A stretch of DNA of 64,000 bases from Adineta vaga (taxonomy: Eukaryota > Animalia > Rotifera), in the NCBI GenBank assembly GCA_021613535.1, contig CP075495.1, forward strand, positions 2,108,001-2,172,000, in the 5' to 3' direction. Below the pieces are notes generated by a model, which made no database searches, was not told the DNA's origin, and was given only the letters and a program-made list of their open reading frames with translations. How positions within the stretch are numbered: the stretch's first letter is position 1; the number at the start of each line of letters is the position of its first letter. The translations under genes and the position numbers were made by a program. Positions 1 through 12,650 of the stretch are shown one piece after another.

Positions 1-1326
1 GAACAATATCATTTAGGTGTTGTTGTTGAATATGATAATACTGGTGAAAAAGATCCCAAAGCTAAAGCTGTCGGTATTGTTACTCTAGAAGATATTATTG
101 AAGAAATGATTCAAGAAGAAATTATTGATGAAACCGATGTATTCAGTATGTATTCAATCAATATGAATCTATTGCATGAATTCTTATTTGTTTGTTTTTT
201 TTAAGCTGATAACCGTCGTAAAGTACGAAATATGCTTTCTCAAGCTCCTGATTTCTCTGCATTTCTTCGTACGACAGCTATTGCTATAACAAGTAAAATC
301 TCAGCACAAATGAAAGTTGCCGTTTTTCAATTTCTTTCCACAAGTAAGATTTGTATTCATTTTTTGAATGATATCAAATGGAATTATTTAGGTGTGGAAC
401 CTTTTACTGATAAATATATGTCTGCTCATATCTTAAGTCGTTTATTAAATGTTGATCTCTATAAAGAATTTGAATTCGATGAAGATGATGTTGCAGCAGG
501 CAAAACGACATATATTTATGAATATGGTAAACCAGTCGATTTTTTCGTTTTAATTGTTAGTGGTAAAGCAGAATTAGAAACGGGTAAAGAGAAAATTGTT
601 AGTGAAGTCGGTTCATTTTCTTATTTTGGTGTTAGTGCACTTCACGTAAGTTTTGATGGAAATTTTCTACGAAGAAAATTTGATTTGCATTGTTTTTAGA
701 CACCAGATGAAAAAGTCGAGGAACTTATTCGATTAAAATCAAATAAATTTCGTCCATATATACCTGATTTTAGTCTTCGAGTTAGTGAAGATGTACAAAT
801 TTTACGTGTACGTCGTGTTCATTGGTTAGCAGCTGTACGTGCAACTTATTTCGAAACGAAACAAGCAGCAAATGGTGGAACACCCATGCTTAATTCTGAT
901 GGAGAACAAATTGATTTATTAACACAAGAATTAGAAAAAGTTGATCATGTTGATCCAATAACTGCTACGGGAAGTCTTAGTGGTGGTGTAGGACAAGACA
1001 GTGCTGCTTTAGGTGGAATTGGACATGATGGTGTCATTGGTGGAAGTGGAACTTCACGTGAGAGAACATCATCATTAGCGCCAACTATTGGGTCTGATAT
1101 GGGACTAACTGGAACAGAACATGAAAAGTTATTAGGACAAAATCAAGCAATGGTTAATCTAAATAATTCAGGAAAAATACCAATCGATAGTCCTACTACA
1201 TCAGGCGTAAACACTCCAAGTCTTTCCGATAAACAAAAACGTCAATTAGTTCGTTCCGAAACACCGTCATCAACAACACCACCATCATTAACAGGTGGTT
1301 CATCAAAGAATCGCTCATTGACTTAG
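1..1326 (+). CDS. CNNM: CNNM/ACDP family metal (Mg2+) transporter, 3' part (end of CBS pair, CNBH domain, tail); multi-exon, 5' truncated by window
   Basis: GIVTLEDIIEEMIQEEIIDETDVF (CBS2 of CNNM) and GKPVDFFVLIVSGK...GKEKIVSEVGSFSYFG (CNBH); short GT-AG introns; TAG ends at 1326. Confidence 0.9.
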
Positions 1327-1424
1327 TATTTGAATTAGAAAAATATGTGTATGTGTGTGCGCATGTATATATCCATAGGACAGTATTTGGAATGTAATTC
1401 TTTGTTTTTGTTTTGTTTTTATTC

Positions 1425-1445
1425 TTTCTCTCTCTCTCTCTCTCT
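1425..1445. repeat. (CT)n microsatellite in CNNM 3' UTR
   Basis: run of tctctc... seen directly. Confidence 0.8.
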
Positions 1446-2245
1446 TTCTTCTTTTCTTGTAATAACAGTTTTGTCTCAATTTATTTGTTGCTCTTTTAGT
1501 TTCTCTTGTTTGCCTCTTTTTCGGTTGTTGGATTTGACTAAGAGAGAAATCAGTTTGCTTTATTTCTTTCTTCTTAATTAGTTTTATGCTATTGAAAGTC
1601 TTAGAAACACTATTCAGTATGCATCTAATAGTTTTCTTATATTTTTTTGCTTCTTTTTCTAAAAATATATGCACTATTTTAAAGGAATATTTACAAAAAA
1701 AAGTGTTTTCTATCCATGCATAAAAGATTAACTCAACGATTGCACAAAAAAAACAGCATCTGGAAGATAACTAACCTTTTCCCTGTTAATGTCAACATAC
1801 AAAATTAGCTGCAACTATGTAGATTTTTCATCTAATTAGTTCGAGTTTTTCTTTTGTCAAATAATCATTAATAGAATAAAAGGAGTATTTTTTTCTCTAC
1901 CGAAAACGTGACATATGACATGAGAACATTTACTCTAACATATAAATCATTGTTTAAATCCTTTTCGAATGTTCGATTGCTTAAGTCAATGACAACATTC
2001 TTAATCTTATTGATATCAACATGTACACGTAATCTTTTGTAAATTTTACTTATTGAAATATCAAAATTTCCGGAAAAGTCACTTATTCCATATGTCTTAT
2101 GAACTTCTATTTCACAAATGTTTTTCTATGAAGAATAAAACGAAATATCAATTGATTTGTTTCTTGACAAAACATGTAAAGAAGAAAAAAAAGTCGAAAG
2201 GATCAAAACTGAACAAACGTTCATTCTTTCGTTCACATCAAATAA

Positions 2246-3160
2246 ATGCAGTCGACAAATACGAATACTGATCTTTTTCAAACTATGAAAATCGAAACTA
2301 AACCTTATCGTTTATTTTTTCAAAAATTTAAATATGATTGGTCATTAGTGTTATCAAGTATGTTAGCATTTAATTTTCTCATTGCTCTTCTTCCTATGGC
2401 AATGATTTTCTTCGGAACATCTGCACTTATACTTGGTAATAATTTACATTTACAAAATCGATTTAAAACTATGATTATTAATTCATTTCCTCCAAAAGCA
2501 AATGAAGGTCTACGTGAAATTATTAATCTTGCATTTGATAAATTATATCATGATGCAGGAATTATTCTAACATTTGGTATCTTATTTGCAATTCTTGGTT
2601 GTTTAAGATTATTTGTTGCTATTGATCGATCCTTAACAATTATTTATCGACTTGAAGAACGAAATTTTCTGAAGAAATATCTTTTAGCTTTGAAAATGCT
2701 TTTAATTTTTCTGTTTCTTATTCCATTGATGATTATTGCGTCATCAATGCCATCAATACTCTTAGATAGAATTACAAATCTTGCTGGTCGTTTTGGAACA
2801 TATATTCTTGGAATTATAACAAGTTTAACTATAACATTTCTTCTATTCGAAGTCATTTATATGTTAATACCAAATAGAAAAATGACATTTGGACAAACAT
2901 GGCGTGGGGCATTACTTGCCGCTGGTGCATTACAATTATTTATGATCTTATTTCCACTTTATATTCGAACATATTTGACGAGTTATACAGGTCAAATTGG
3001 TTTTGCAATTATTTTAATTTTCTTTCTTTTCTCATTCGCAATTTTACTTATACTTGGTGCACAAATTAATGCTTTCTTTTACGAACATATTCAACCATTG
3101 CCTGCTCCATTAGGAACATTTATAAGTCAATTATTTGAGCAATCGAGCAGACAAACTTGA
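2246..3160 (+). CDS. YihY/virulence factor BrkB family membrane protein (bacterial type), intronless
   Basis: 304 aa, ~6 TM segments; motifs SSMLAFNFLIALLP, RSLTIIYRLEER, IYMLIPNRKM..WRGALLA and ILILGAQINA match the YihY pattern (LxLLGAELN). Confidence 0.85.
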   Translation: MQSTNTNTDLFQTMKIETKPYRLFFQKFKYDWSLVLSSMLAFNFLIALLPMAMIFFGTSALILGNNLHLQNRFKTMIINSFPPKANEGLREIINLAFDKLYHDAGIILTFGILFAILGCLRLFVAIDRSLTIIYRLEERNFLKKYLLALKMLLIFLFLIPLMIIASSMPSILLDRITNLAGRFGTYILGIITSLTITFLLFEVIYMLIPNRKMTFGQTWRGALLAAGALQLFMILFPLYIRTYLTSYTGQIGFAIILIFFLFSFAILLILGAQINAFFYEHIQPLPAPLGTFISQLFEQSSRQT

Positions 3161-3592
3161 AATAGAAAATATCACCCTTCTGGTACAAATAAAGAAAAAG
3201 ATTTTATTCATCATATTTCATTTCCTTTTTCTTTTTTTTTCATTATATCATAAACACTTTTTACTGAATTTCATTGTATATCATAGTTCCTATTTACGTT
3301 TACCTTAATCAAAATCATGGGTCGCTTTTTTTTGTCTATTACAATTGATTGTAAATGTTTTCAAGACTAATTGAAATGTATGCGATGAATTTCTCTTAAG
3401 TTCGGTATTGTGTACTATGAAAGGTAAAAGACAAGATACTGAAGATATTCATCGATTATTTCGTTTTTTCTTTTTTATTGAATTCAATCTGTAAAAGGAA
3501 AGTGCGATTTGGAATACAATTCACAGAAATCGAGTTGAATCTTTCATGTTCGTTGTGTTTAGTTCTTCTATTTTTCAAATAAAAAGTCTTGT

Positions 3593-4685
3593 CTATTTAT
3601 CATTATCATCTGCTAAGTTTTGTTTATGTGAACGAGGATAATGAAGTATGCGTGGCAAAGGTCGAGCATAAAATCGAGGAGATTGAGAGTGACGTTTGAA
3701 AAAATCATTGCCAGATAATGAATCAAGACTCTGGAAAAGAAAATGAGAGAAAAAATATCATAGAAGATAGAGATAAATGTAATCGAAGTAAGTAAGGTTT
3801 ACTTTTTTGAAGAAATCATTGCCAGTTAAGGAATCCAAGCTCTAGAAGAGAAGATTTTCATTAGGAAAGAAAAGATTTTTCAAAGAGAAATTTGTTTTTA
3901 TACCTTTTTGAAGAAATCATTGCCATTCAATGAATCCAAGCTCTGAAATGAATAATGAATGTAAATAAGATGAGAAAATATAAAGATTTGAACAAACCTT
4001 TTTGAAGAAATCAGATCCTGAAAGAGAATCTAATGTGCGTTTCTAAATAGAATAAAACTAAATGTTTAAGATTCATTGTCAATCCAGATGAATATATTAC
4101 TTCTCCTTCACGTTTAAAAAAATCATTGCCAGTAAGTGAATCAAGACTCTACAAAAATCGATTAAAGTAATCCATTCAAATCGAGAATTAATTCTACCTT
4201 TTTGAAGAAGTCTGAACCAGAGAGTGAATCGAGTGTTCGCTTCTAAAACAGATAGAAAGTACGTTAAGAAATATCCGAAAATAAACTCATAGAATGGTTT
4301 TTACTTCATCTTCACGTTTGAAAAAATCATTGCCTGAAAGACTATCAAGACTCTAGAAAATCGAAAAGTAAAATATCGTTAATAAATTTTCTATTAAACT
4401 CACTTTTTTGAAGAAATCCGAGCCAGATAATGAATCAAGTGTTCGTTTCTAAAACAAAATCAAGTACAATATACTTCAAGTATATATTTATTCTACTAAT
4501 CAATACATATTCAAGAGTTATAGTGATTCATTTCATTTAGAATGAAAATGCCGTAAATAAACCATCAAGACAATATTTTCTAGTTAATTAATACTCACCT
4601 TTTCTTCTTCACTGTTGATTCCTATTAGACAAATTGTAGCCAAAATTAAAACAGTAGTCATCATCGACATGTTGATAGCAGTCAT
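3593..4685 (-). CDS. Neuropeptide precursor, pedal peptide/orcokinin-like; 9 exons, 177 aa, 8 x [ST]LDSL[STN]G[SN]DFF
   Basis: Manually spliced exons 4685-4599, 4448-4404, 4352-4305, 4242-4198, 4148-4101, 4042-3998, 3942-3904, 3841-3803, 3730-3593; all introns GT-AG, phase 0; signal peptide MTAINMSMMTTVLILATICLIGINS; peptides flanked by KR/KK. Confidence 0.92.
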
Positions 4686-5693
4686 TATGTAGTTGTAAGT
4701 GAAATAAAGAAGCTTGGTATGTATGTATGTAAAGCAACTGTCAATTGGTATCAAAGCTCAATATATATATATATATTTGTTGCTGGAGTTCATCTCTCTC
4801 AACTATATATATATTTTTTTCTATTTTTTCTAATCCAATTGCATCAAGAGAGAAAAGCAGAGAATTGTTCTCTCTCTCTCTTTGTTCTCTCTTAAAAATG
4901 ATTGTGTATTAAAAGAAGAAGACGAGAGTGTCGAATCCGAAGAAAAAGAAGTATATTGAAAAATCAATCACATAAAAACATTCACTTGTTGTTTGCGCTT
5001 GAATACTTATTAATAAGAGATCAGAAAAACTGACGAATTCATGATTTTGATCTTTTAATTGAATAAATAATCTTTCGAAGGTGATTTTGACTTTAATTTC
5101 CTTGACGCAAATGGAATTAATCTTACTCGTCTCAATAATTGTTTTCGTTAAAAGCATCTTCTATCCGGCTCTCTTCTTTTTCTTATTTATAAATCACGTG
5201 CATAAAGTTTTTTCTTTCTCACTGACAGATCAATTAAATCGGAAAATAAGAACAATCACAAGTCTATTCTTAGAAAACATTAAAAAAAGATTTATGTTTT
5301 TCACGTTATCGATTAGAAATACACCAAGAAAAACATTGATCTGACTTTTATCGTTATAGATGTGATCGATGGGAAAAGAACAACATTAGAGAGTTTTTGA
5401 TCGAAAGAAAAGTCCAAAATATTTTAATTTCTCTCAATCATATTTGTCTTTTAGAATAGTTCATCGTACTTGGATGGATTGGAATAAGAACAATTGTTTC
5501 AAAGCTGTCAAATGAATGACACGCTCGTTGATTAACTAGTTGAAAATCAGAGAAAGAGAAACAAACTAAAACAATTTTGAACGATCTTCGATATTGTTGC
5601 GTGTGTTCAAATAGACAGACATAGATTACAACAATAAACAGAAACGATACAATTCAATAACATGAAATGAAATGGGAACAAAAAAAAGGTCAA

Positions 5694-6787
5694 TCACATT
5701 TTTCTCAATCGATTGTTTTCAATAGTACGATTCACCACTGGAATACGAGCTAGAATTATTTCATTTGATATTGGATCAGTAAATAGATGAAGTTTAATTA
5801 ATAATCGTCGAAATTCTCGTCGAAAGATAGTACCTGTTAATGTGTAGATATAAAAAGCGCAACAACAATTAATATATAATATCAGCGCAGATATCTACAA
5901 AATCAAGCATAAAAAATGAATGAAAACAAATTCTGAAATATTGAACGTACTTGAAAATAGAAATTTTCTTCTGTTAAATCTAACGAATCTTTCATTCGAT
6001 TGAATGTAAATATTGAATGTGCTTTCGATACACCTGATGGTATTACACAAATAAAGAATATAATAATTTGAATTAGAAGCATCGTAATCATTTGTCGATC
6101 TTTCTTTTTCATTAAATGATATCGACGACGACTTTGAATACTAATTGGATTGATTTGTTGACGAACTTTTTTCGCATTTTTTATTGTTAACCAACCAAAT
6201 GTTAACATAAATATCGGTGGAATTATGGAAAAAAGTATTAAGAATAAAATATCATTAAACATCCGACAAGCAAGATTTGGACAATAACAATTCAATGGAA
6301 ATTGATTCATAACAACTGTATAACAATAGAATGCTTGACTATATAAAAAACAACTGAAAACAACAGTCCAACTAACCATACGATGAGCAATACCTATTCG
6401 ACTAAATAAACGTATATGAGCATTTAAACTCGATGATGTCCAACGATCAATACTAGCATAGACAAGAAAACAGGCACTCAATGCTAAACATTTATAGGTA
6501 ATATAATAACGAAATTTACAGACATAGATATTTAATATAGTTGGATCAAGATCGTAACCTGAAAGTAATCGTGTTAATAGACCGCACCATAAACAAATCA
6601 TATTAGCAATTGAAGCCGAAAGAAAATAGAATGAACATGAATTGTTTTGAAGTGATTTTTGAGTTAAAATAATGATATTGAATATATTACCAATAGTACC
6701 GAAGATCAATAAAGGAATAGGTATTACACGATTAAGAGAAGCAGCCATTTGAATTAGATATAAAATAGTTGCATTCTTGTCTGACAT
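5694..6787 (-). CDS. Class A (rhodopsin-like) GPCR, 2 exons
   Basis: GTIGNIFN (TM1), YFLSASIAN (TM2), CKFR, SIDRW (DRY variant); second exon encodes TM7 YINCCCAFYIYTLTGTIFRRE; TGA at 5694. Confidence 0.88.
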
Positions 6788-7561
6788 AGTTGAAGAATAA
6801 TTTTTTATTAAATGAATGAATAGTTTTAGATAAAATGAGAATTTGTTGGAGATGTCGTTCGTGACATTGTCAAACCATCATGTCTTATTAAAAATACAAA
6901 TGTATTGAATTATTTGATGAATGACACTTTTAAAACTCCTTTTTTTCCATTCGTTATCAAGATGCGCTTTAGATTAAATGATAGAGAGATTCTATTTTTT
7001 CAAATACATAAATCACAGTTCTTTTTTGAGCGTATCGATAGTTAACATAGTTATGATTTGTTAATTACATTGCCTTAAAATAATTAGATATCGAAACGGA
7101 TGAATGTAGCAGATGTTTTCAACATGAAAAATTTTATTAGATAAAAGAATATTTTTAATGAGACATAGACGTGATAATTATGTCCTTGAACTCTACGGTC
7201 ATTCGAAGTGATTCGTCGAACAGTCTGATTATCAATTAAATTTCTCAGGCAAGATGGTAGAATTAGTAAACTTAGTAAATCTTCGTTGAAGATTATACAA
7301 TGATGTCTCTTTATGATTGAATGAATAAAAAGATTTATCAGATTTCCAATCAATTTTGATCTTTTAACAGTGAAAGATATCAATAATTGTTAAGTTCAAT
7401 AAAGTGTAAAAAATTAATATGACGTTCGTTCAATCGATGATTATTAGTTACATCTAATCTCAGATATCGTTTTCAACGGAAATTTTGAGGGTGTAGTCAC
7501 GGATGCAAATGAAAAACAAATATCTGCATCCACACCCTCATTCTTTCTTGATTTTCTTCTT

Positions 7562-10023
7562 TTATTTTGATGAAATATCAATCACATTACAATTGGATTC
7601 ATCAAGAAAAAGTGTACGAAATAGATCATCAATAAATGTTGGATAATACAAACAAGCTCGTTCAATATCGGGCATAAAATTCATTTCCAACAGATATGGT
7701 TGACCATTTTCGTCCAACATCAAATCAACAGCATAGATCGCACGTGATCGAGAACAAGGTGCCATACCAGATGGCGGTTTCTTCAAAATGGAACGTTCAA
7801 AAACTTGACGAATCATTGAAAAGATATTTTCCTAACAAATATTAAACAGAGAATGTAATTCGAAGATAGATTTTTATCTACCTGAACATTGGACCATTTT
7901 AAATGAGGTTGTTGTTTATCAAATAAAGGTACGAATTCTTCACATGTAATCTTTTTTAAATTTTGTGCATACCGATAATTCATTACCGCTAAAAAACAAA
8001 AACATCACGAAATTTCAAATCATGTCATTCACTTACTGAAATGTACTTGATAATCATCATAATTATTATCTAATGAATACGGTCTAAGAATAGATACCAA
8101 TATTTAATCAGTAGAATTTTAATAAATTCAATTACTTATTAGCAAAACGAAGCCAAAACTTTTCGTAAACATAAACTTTCAATGGCTCTAACGATCGTAA
8201 GATAACAACATAACGAATATCAAATTTCACAGGACCACTATCTTCGCGATGAAATAGTAATGGTCTATCGATATATTTGCAAACAATCTAATCGATCAAA
8301 ATAGAAGAATATTTTCCTAAAGAAAAATAAAATTTCGTTGTTTTTTACTTTTGGACCTGATTCAGCTAATCGAATAATCTGATTGAGATTTTTCGTTACA
8401 TGTGTATCGATTGATCGAGCTAAATTAAATGGTTTCACAATCCAATGATTATCTAAATCTCTGAAAATTGATTATAGATGATATTTGAAGTTTAATTTAA
8501 AGTAAAATCTCTACTTATTCTCACGATGTTGAAAATATGAGATAAATTTCGGTAATTCATATGTTAAATTGAATGTTGTTGGTAACCATAATGGATATGA
8601 TTGTAATGTCTCATGCTCAATCGATGGTGATGTTCGACGACAGACAATAGCAAGAAGATCTTTTATATTTATGACGTTTTCAAATGGATATTGATTGATA
8701 AATTGTTGTGTTTCTTCACATAATTTTCTAGAGGAATTATCGATGAAAGGTATGATTGTTATATGAAATGTTTGTTTTGTATTTACTTGAAATCTTTAAA
8801 ATGTTTTCTTGTAAAAATAATATCAGCATCAGTTTGATTTTCAACAATTTGAAAACGTTTATCGATAAGATGATTACGAACAAGTTCAACATCGGTAAAA
8901 ACATTTATTGTTCGATTTAATTTAGTTAAATCAATTGATGGATAATTATCAGTCGATGGAAGTTTTTCATTTTCACGTGCAGTCTAAAATAAATACGATG
9001 ACAATCAATAGATTAAAAAGAAATCAGATTGATTATACATTGAAATACTCTTCATTTGGTTCTATTTGTTGATAATCAACATCTTCAACGAGATCATCAT
9101 CAGTCCATGGAACGAGTTTAGCACGTCGGAGTAAGTCATCACTTATTCCACAAACATAATCCACAGTCACTGGGTCTAAAAGAGTTTCCATCTTCAGGAT
9201 ATTCTTTACTATTGTTGGCAAAACATCTGCAATCCTGCTTTTCACTCAATCGATTACATACCGTTGCATTCAATATCTTCAATGAGCCATAGTAATGTAT
9301 ACATTTGTCCATCGATCATTGAAAGAAATGGTGCCATACGAACATTTGCTTGTTCAGAATGTTCGATAGCTGAACCGAATTCATCTCGAATATACCAATA
9401 TGGTTCTCGATCTTCAGCAATACCACCATCAACTGCTAATGTATATGTATGATTAAATTTCCACATGCGTTCAATAATAGTATCAATTTTCTTCTCTTCA
9501 TCAATTGGTATTAACATCATATGAGAAAGTCGTTCGACTAGTTGAGGTAATTGTTCAAGTTCATTTCGAATATTATTAATTCGATAGGTATATGCATGAT
9601 CAATAAGAAAAATCCTTTAATAATAAGAATAAGAGTAAAACTATGAGTTGAAAAAATTATAATGTTTACTAAACTAACATTGAAGGATCACTTTTCAAAA
9701 GATTATGTTGATCGGTTACACGAACTTTTCGTCGAATAGTTTCACCTTCATCATTTTCGATTTCAATTATACGAAAATATTCACCAGCATCAAATATCTA
9801 TATCGAACAAAAAAAACAAAGAAAATTCACTTGATCAAAGAAAAGTCATCTTTGATTCATCTTATTTCACCTGCTTTTGCAATTTATGAAATAACATAGG
9901 ATAGAGATATTGTGGTACATCAGATAATTGAAGTTGTGATCGATGTAAATCAATGAAACTATTTAATAAAGCTTTATTTTCTAATGCATCACCATGTTCA
10001 ACATGATTACATTCCATATCCAT
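7562..10023 (-). CDS. TTLL12: Tubulin-tyrosine ligase-like protein 12, multi-exon
   Basis: [77 protein letters not shown]. Confidence 0.92.
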
Positions 10024-10103
10024 CTGAAAAAAGATGTTCATCAATTTTTCATTCGAAAAATTATATTTATTACATAATTAGAACAGAAAAATCATAGAAT
10101 TAT

Positions 10104-10514
10104 TTATCGATATTTTTTTGGTAAAAGAACTATGCCCATTAAAAATGCCATAGTAAAACCCATGCCAAAATAAATATGTCTATCAATATATCTTCGAATA
10201 TCTGACCATAACCATTGCAATTCTTGATTTACATCATCGGGTGTATCGCGTAATTCTCTTTGAACATTTCGTTGTAAATCAGTTAATCTTGTTCGAAGTT
10301 TTCGTTGAGTTCGTAATTCGTCATATGTTAAATGTGTTATATGTGCTTTTAAATAATGAAAATGATAGGCCATATCAATTAATCCAATCGAAGTAAATGT
10401 TAGATATGATACAATATAATGACCACGATTGATTAAAATTCCAATAACACTACCAGATAATAAACCTGAACATAATTGTTTAACAATTGTTTCTGTTGAT
10501 TGTGAAGATGACAT
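10104..10514 (-). CDS. FUN14-domain (FUNDC-like) protein, divergent, intronless
   Basis: KQLCSGLLSGSVIG, central basic coiled segment and C-terminal FGMGFTMAFLMG parallel the FUNDC1 layout (TQIVMGGVTGWCAG ... SSGFVGGFLLG). Confidence 0.65.
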   Translation of the reverse strand: MSSSQSTETIVKQLCSGLLSGSVIGILINRGHYIVSYLTFTSIGLIDMAYHFHYLKAHITHLTYDELRTQRKLRTRLTDLQRNVQRELRDTPDDVNQELQWLWSDIRRYIDRHIYFGMGFTMAFLMGIVLLPKKYR

Positions 10515-10734
10515 GATTTGATCTATAAATTCACAGTAGGAACATTTATTGTTTGTTGTCTATTGTTTCACCGTTAAGAATATATTTATATAGTGTTAAT
10601 AGAACAGACAAAAGTCTGATTTAAGAAAGAGTGCACAAATCAAACATACTGTGAAAAAAAGAAAAGAATTTTTTCATTAGATACGAAAAAATAAATCATC
10701 ACTATCAAAAAAAAGAGAGAAAAGATGACAAAAG

Positions 10735-12650
10735 TCATGTGCTTGATGTAGAAGGTAAAACTCCACCATCCCAAACAGTATTTTGTTCTTCTTTGTCACG
10801 AATTTTTTGTTCTAAAAGATAAATAAGGAGAAATTTGAGATTAATTTTGGTTTTGTAAATTGAATTCTTACGTCGAGCTGATTCGATTTTTTGTCGTTCC
10901 GTTTTTGTTTTATTACTACTCATTTGATTTCTCATACCTAATGCAGCACATATTTGACGATTAGCAGTTAACGAAGATGTCTGAGGACGAGCTTTGTATG
11001 GTTGCAAAAATTCTAAATTAAATTTGATGTATAAAACAAAGAAATACAATCATCGATCGATTTACCAATAGCACTTTTGGCCTTTTTCTTCGATGCAGTC
11101 GATGCCTGTGACATTGAACAGACTTTGAACATCGGATGTTCCATTTGTAGTGCATCTAAAGCTAAATTGAAGAAAAAAAAGACTAGAACTATATTCGGAT
11201 ACTTGTCATTTACCTGTAGTTGCATCGGAAAGAACAATCAATGCATGTGTTTCATCAACCCATTTGATATCAAAACTATTTCGTCTAAATGTATATAGAA
11301 ATATATGAGATAAAACTAAAATTTTCAAAAACAAAATTAATTTACGTGAGTGCTTTAAAGGCATTCGAAAGATCTTCAGTACGAAATGTTGATGGAAAAT
11401 TCGATATTTCAATGATATGTGCTAGATCACCTTCTTTCATTTGGATATCTTCAACTGACCATTGAGAATAATCATTTATTGGTTTTTTTATCTGAACAAT
11501 TTCTTTGAATTTTGATTGAATCTTGAGAAAGAAGAAGTAAACGATCAAAATTCGAGAGAAACATGTTTGAAAAATACTTTACTTCTTCAAGTAAATTGTT
11601 ATTTAAAGAATTATCATTTCCATCTAATAATTTTTCCCAATCCTCCTCCTCTTCTTCTTCTTCTTCTTCTTCTTTGTCTATCTTTTTCTTTTCATTATCG
11701 TCATTTCTTTTTTCAATTGTAATTGATGGAGTTGGAATGGGTTCTTTATTTACTGGTTGACTTCGCCTGGACGGTGGAACATAAGGTTCTAACGATGGAC
11801 GAGCAGTTTTAGTTTTCACTGGTTTAGTACTATCATTGCTTTGTTGACTATCTTCGATAGAAGTTGTTGGTAATGATGCCGGTGGTGGTGGCGGTGGTGG
11901 TGGTGGTGGTGGAGGAGGCGTAGGACTAGATACTTCGAGATTCTTACTTCGACGTGGTGGTTTATACAAAGCTTGAGCTGGTCGACGTCTGAAAGAGCAA
12001 TACATCTTGTGTATTCAACAAGACGAAGAAATGATATTTACTTGGATGAAGATTCATCATTGGAATTGGATGTTGTTGCCGATAGTGCTACTCTATAAGA
12101 GTCGAAAAACGAATTAATAGAGTAGAGAATAATTAAATATTTATTCACGGTCAATATGTACAACAGTTTCATAATGATGGTGCTATACTTTGAAATTATT
12201 CGATTAAAATCTAAACTTACTTTGACGTTGTCGACGATTCATTGGAAGACGGTAGTCTAATTCATCAGATAAAACCAAGATCAATGAATTGAAATGAAAC
12301 TAATCTTACGTATTTGTTTCATCCATTAATTGTGATTTAAAACAAATGATTGTCCGTCGTGTATCTTTATCTTCTCCGACAGAAAAACTAAATAAATTCG
12401 AATAATTTCGTTCACGTAGTCGATGCAATAACAATCGATGTCGCGATGATAATGACGGGAAGAGAAGAATACTAAAAGAAAAAGAAATCATCGCTCATCA
12501 ATATATTCTTCATTCAATCAAAAAATCTATCAAAACAAAAGGAAAAAACACACACAAGGTCGATTTCTTCACTGATTTGTATTTGTCTAATTCATCGGTA
12601 ATAATATCAAGAAAATTATCATCATCAGCTGTTAAATAACAACCCAACAT
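10735..12650 (-). CDS. R3HCC1: R3H and coiled-coil domain protein R3HCC1-like, multi-exon
   Basis: N-term MLGCYLTADDDNFLDII; R3H ILLFPSLSSRHRLLLHRL..FSFSVGE..RRTIIC; RRRPAQALYKPP; RRM-like HIIEISNFPSTFRTEDL, FDIKWVDETHAL; RPQTSSLTANRQICAALG. Confidence 0.88.

Noticed and set aside
1315-2271. Short ORFs 1315-1674, 1345-1581 and 2053-2271, and similar antisense or low-complexity ORFs across the window
   Set aside because: They arise from UTR microsatellites, AT-rich intergenic DNA or the antisense strand of real exons; no motifs
3690-4450. Regularly spaced near-identical repeats resembling a CRISPR array
   Set aside because: The repeats are coding exons with synonymous variation and the spacers are GT-AG introns; eukaryotic context, no cas genes
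7084-7440. ORF 7084-7383 between the GPCR and TTLL12
   Set aside because: No motif or splice structure; likely spurious
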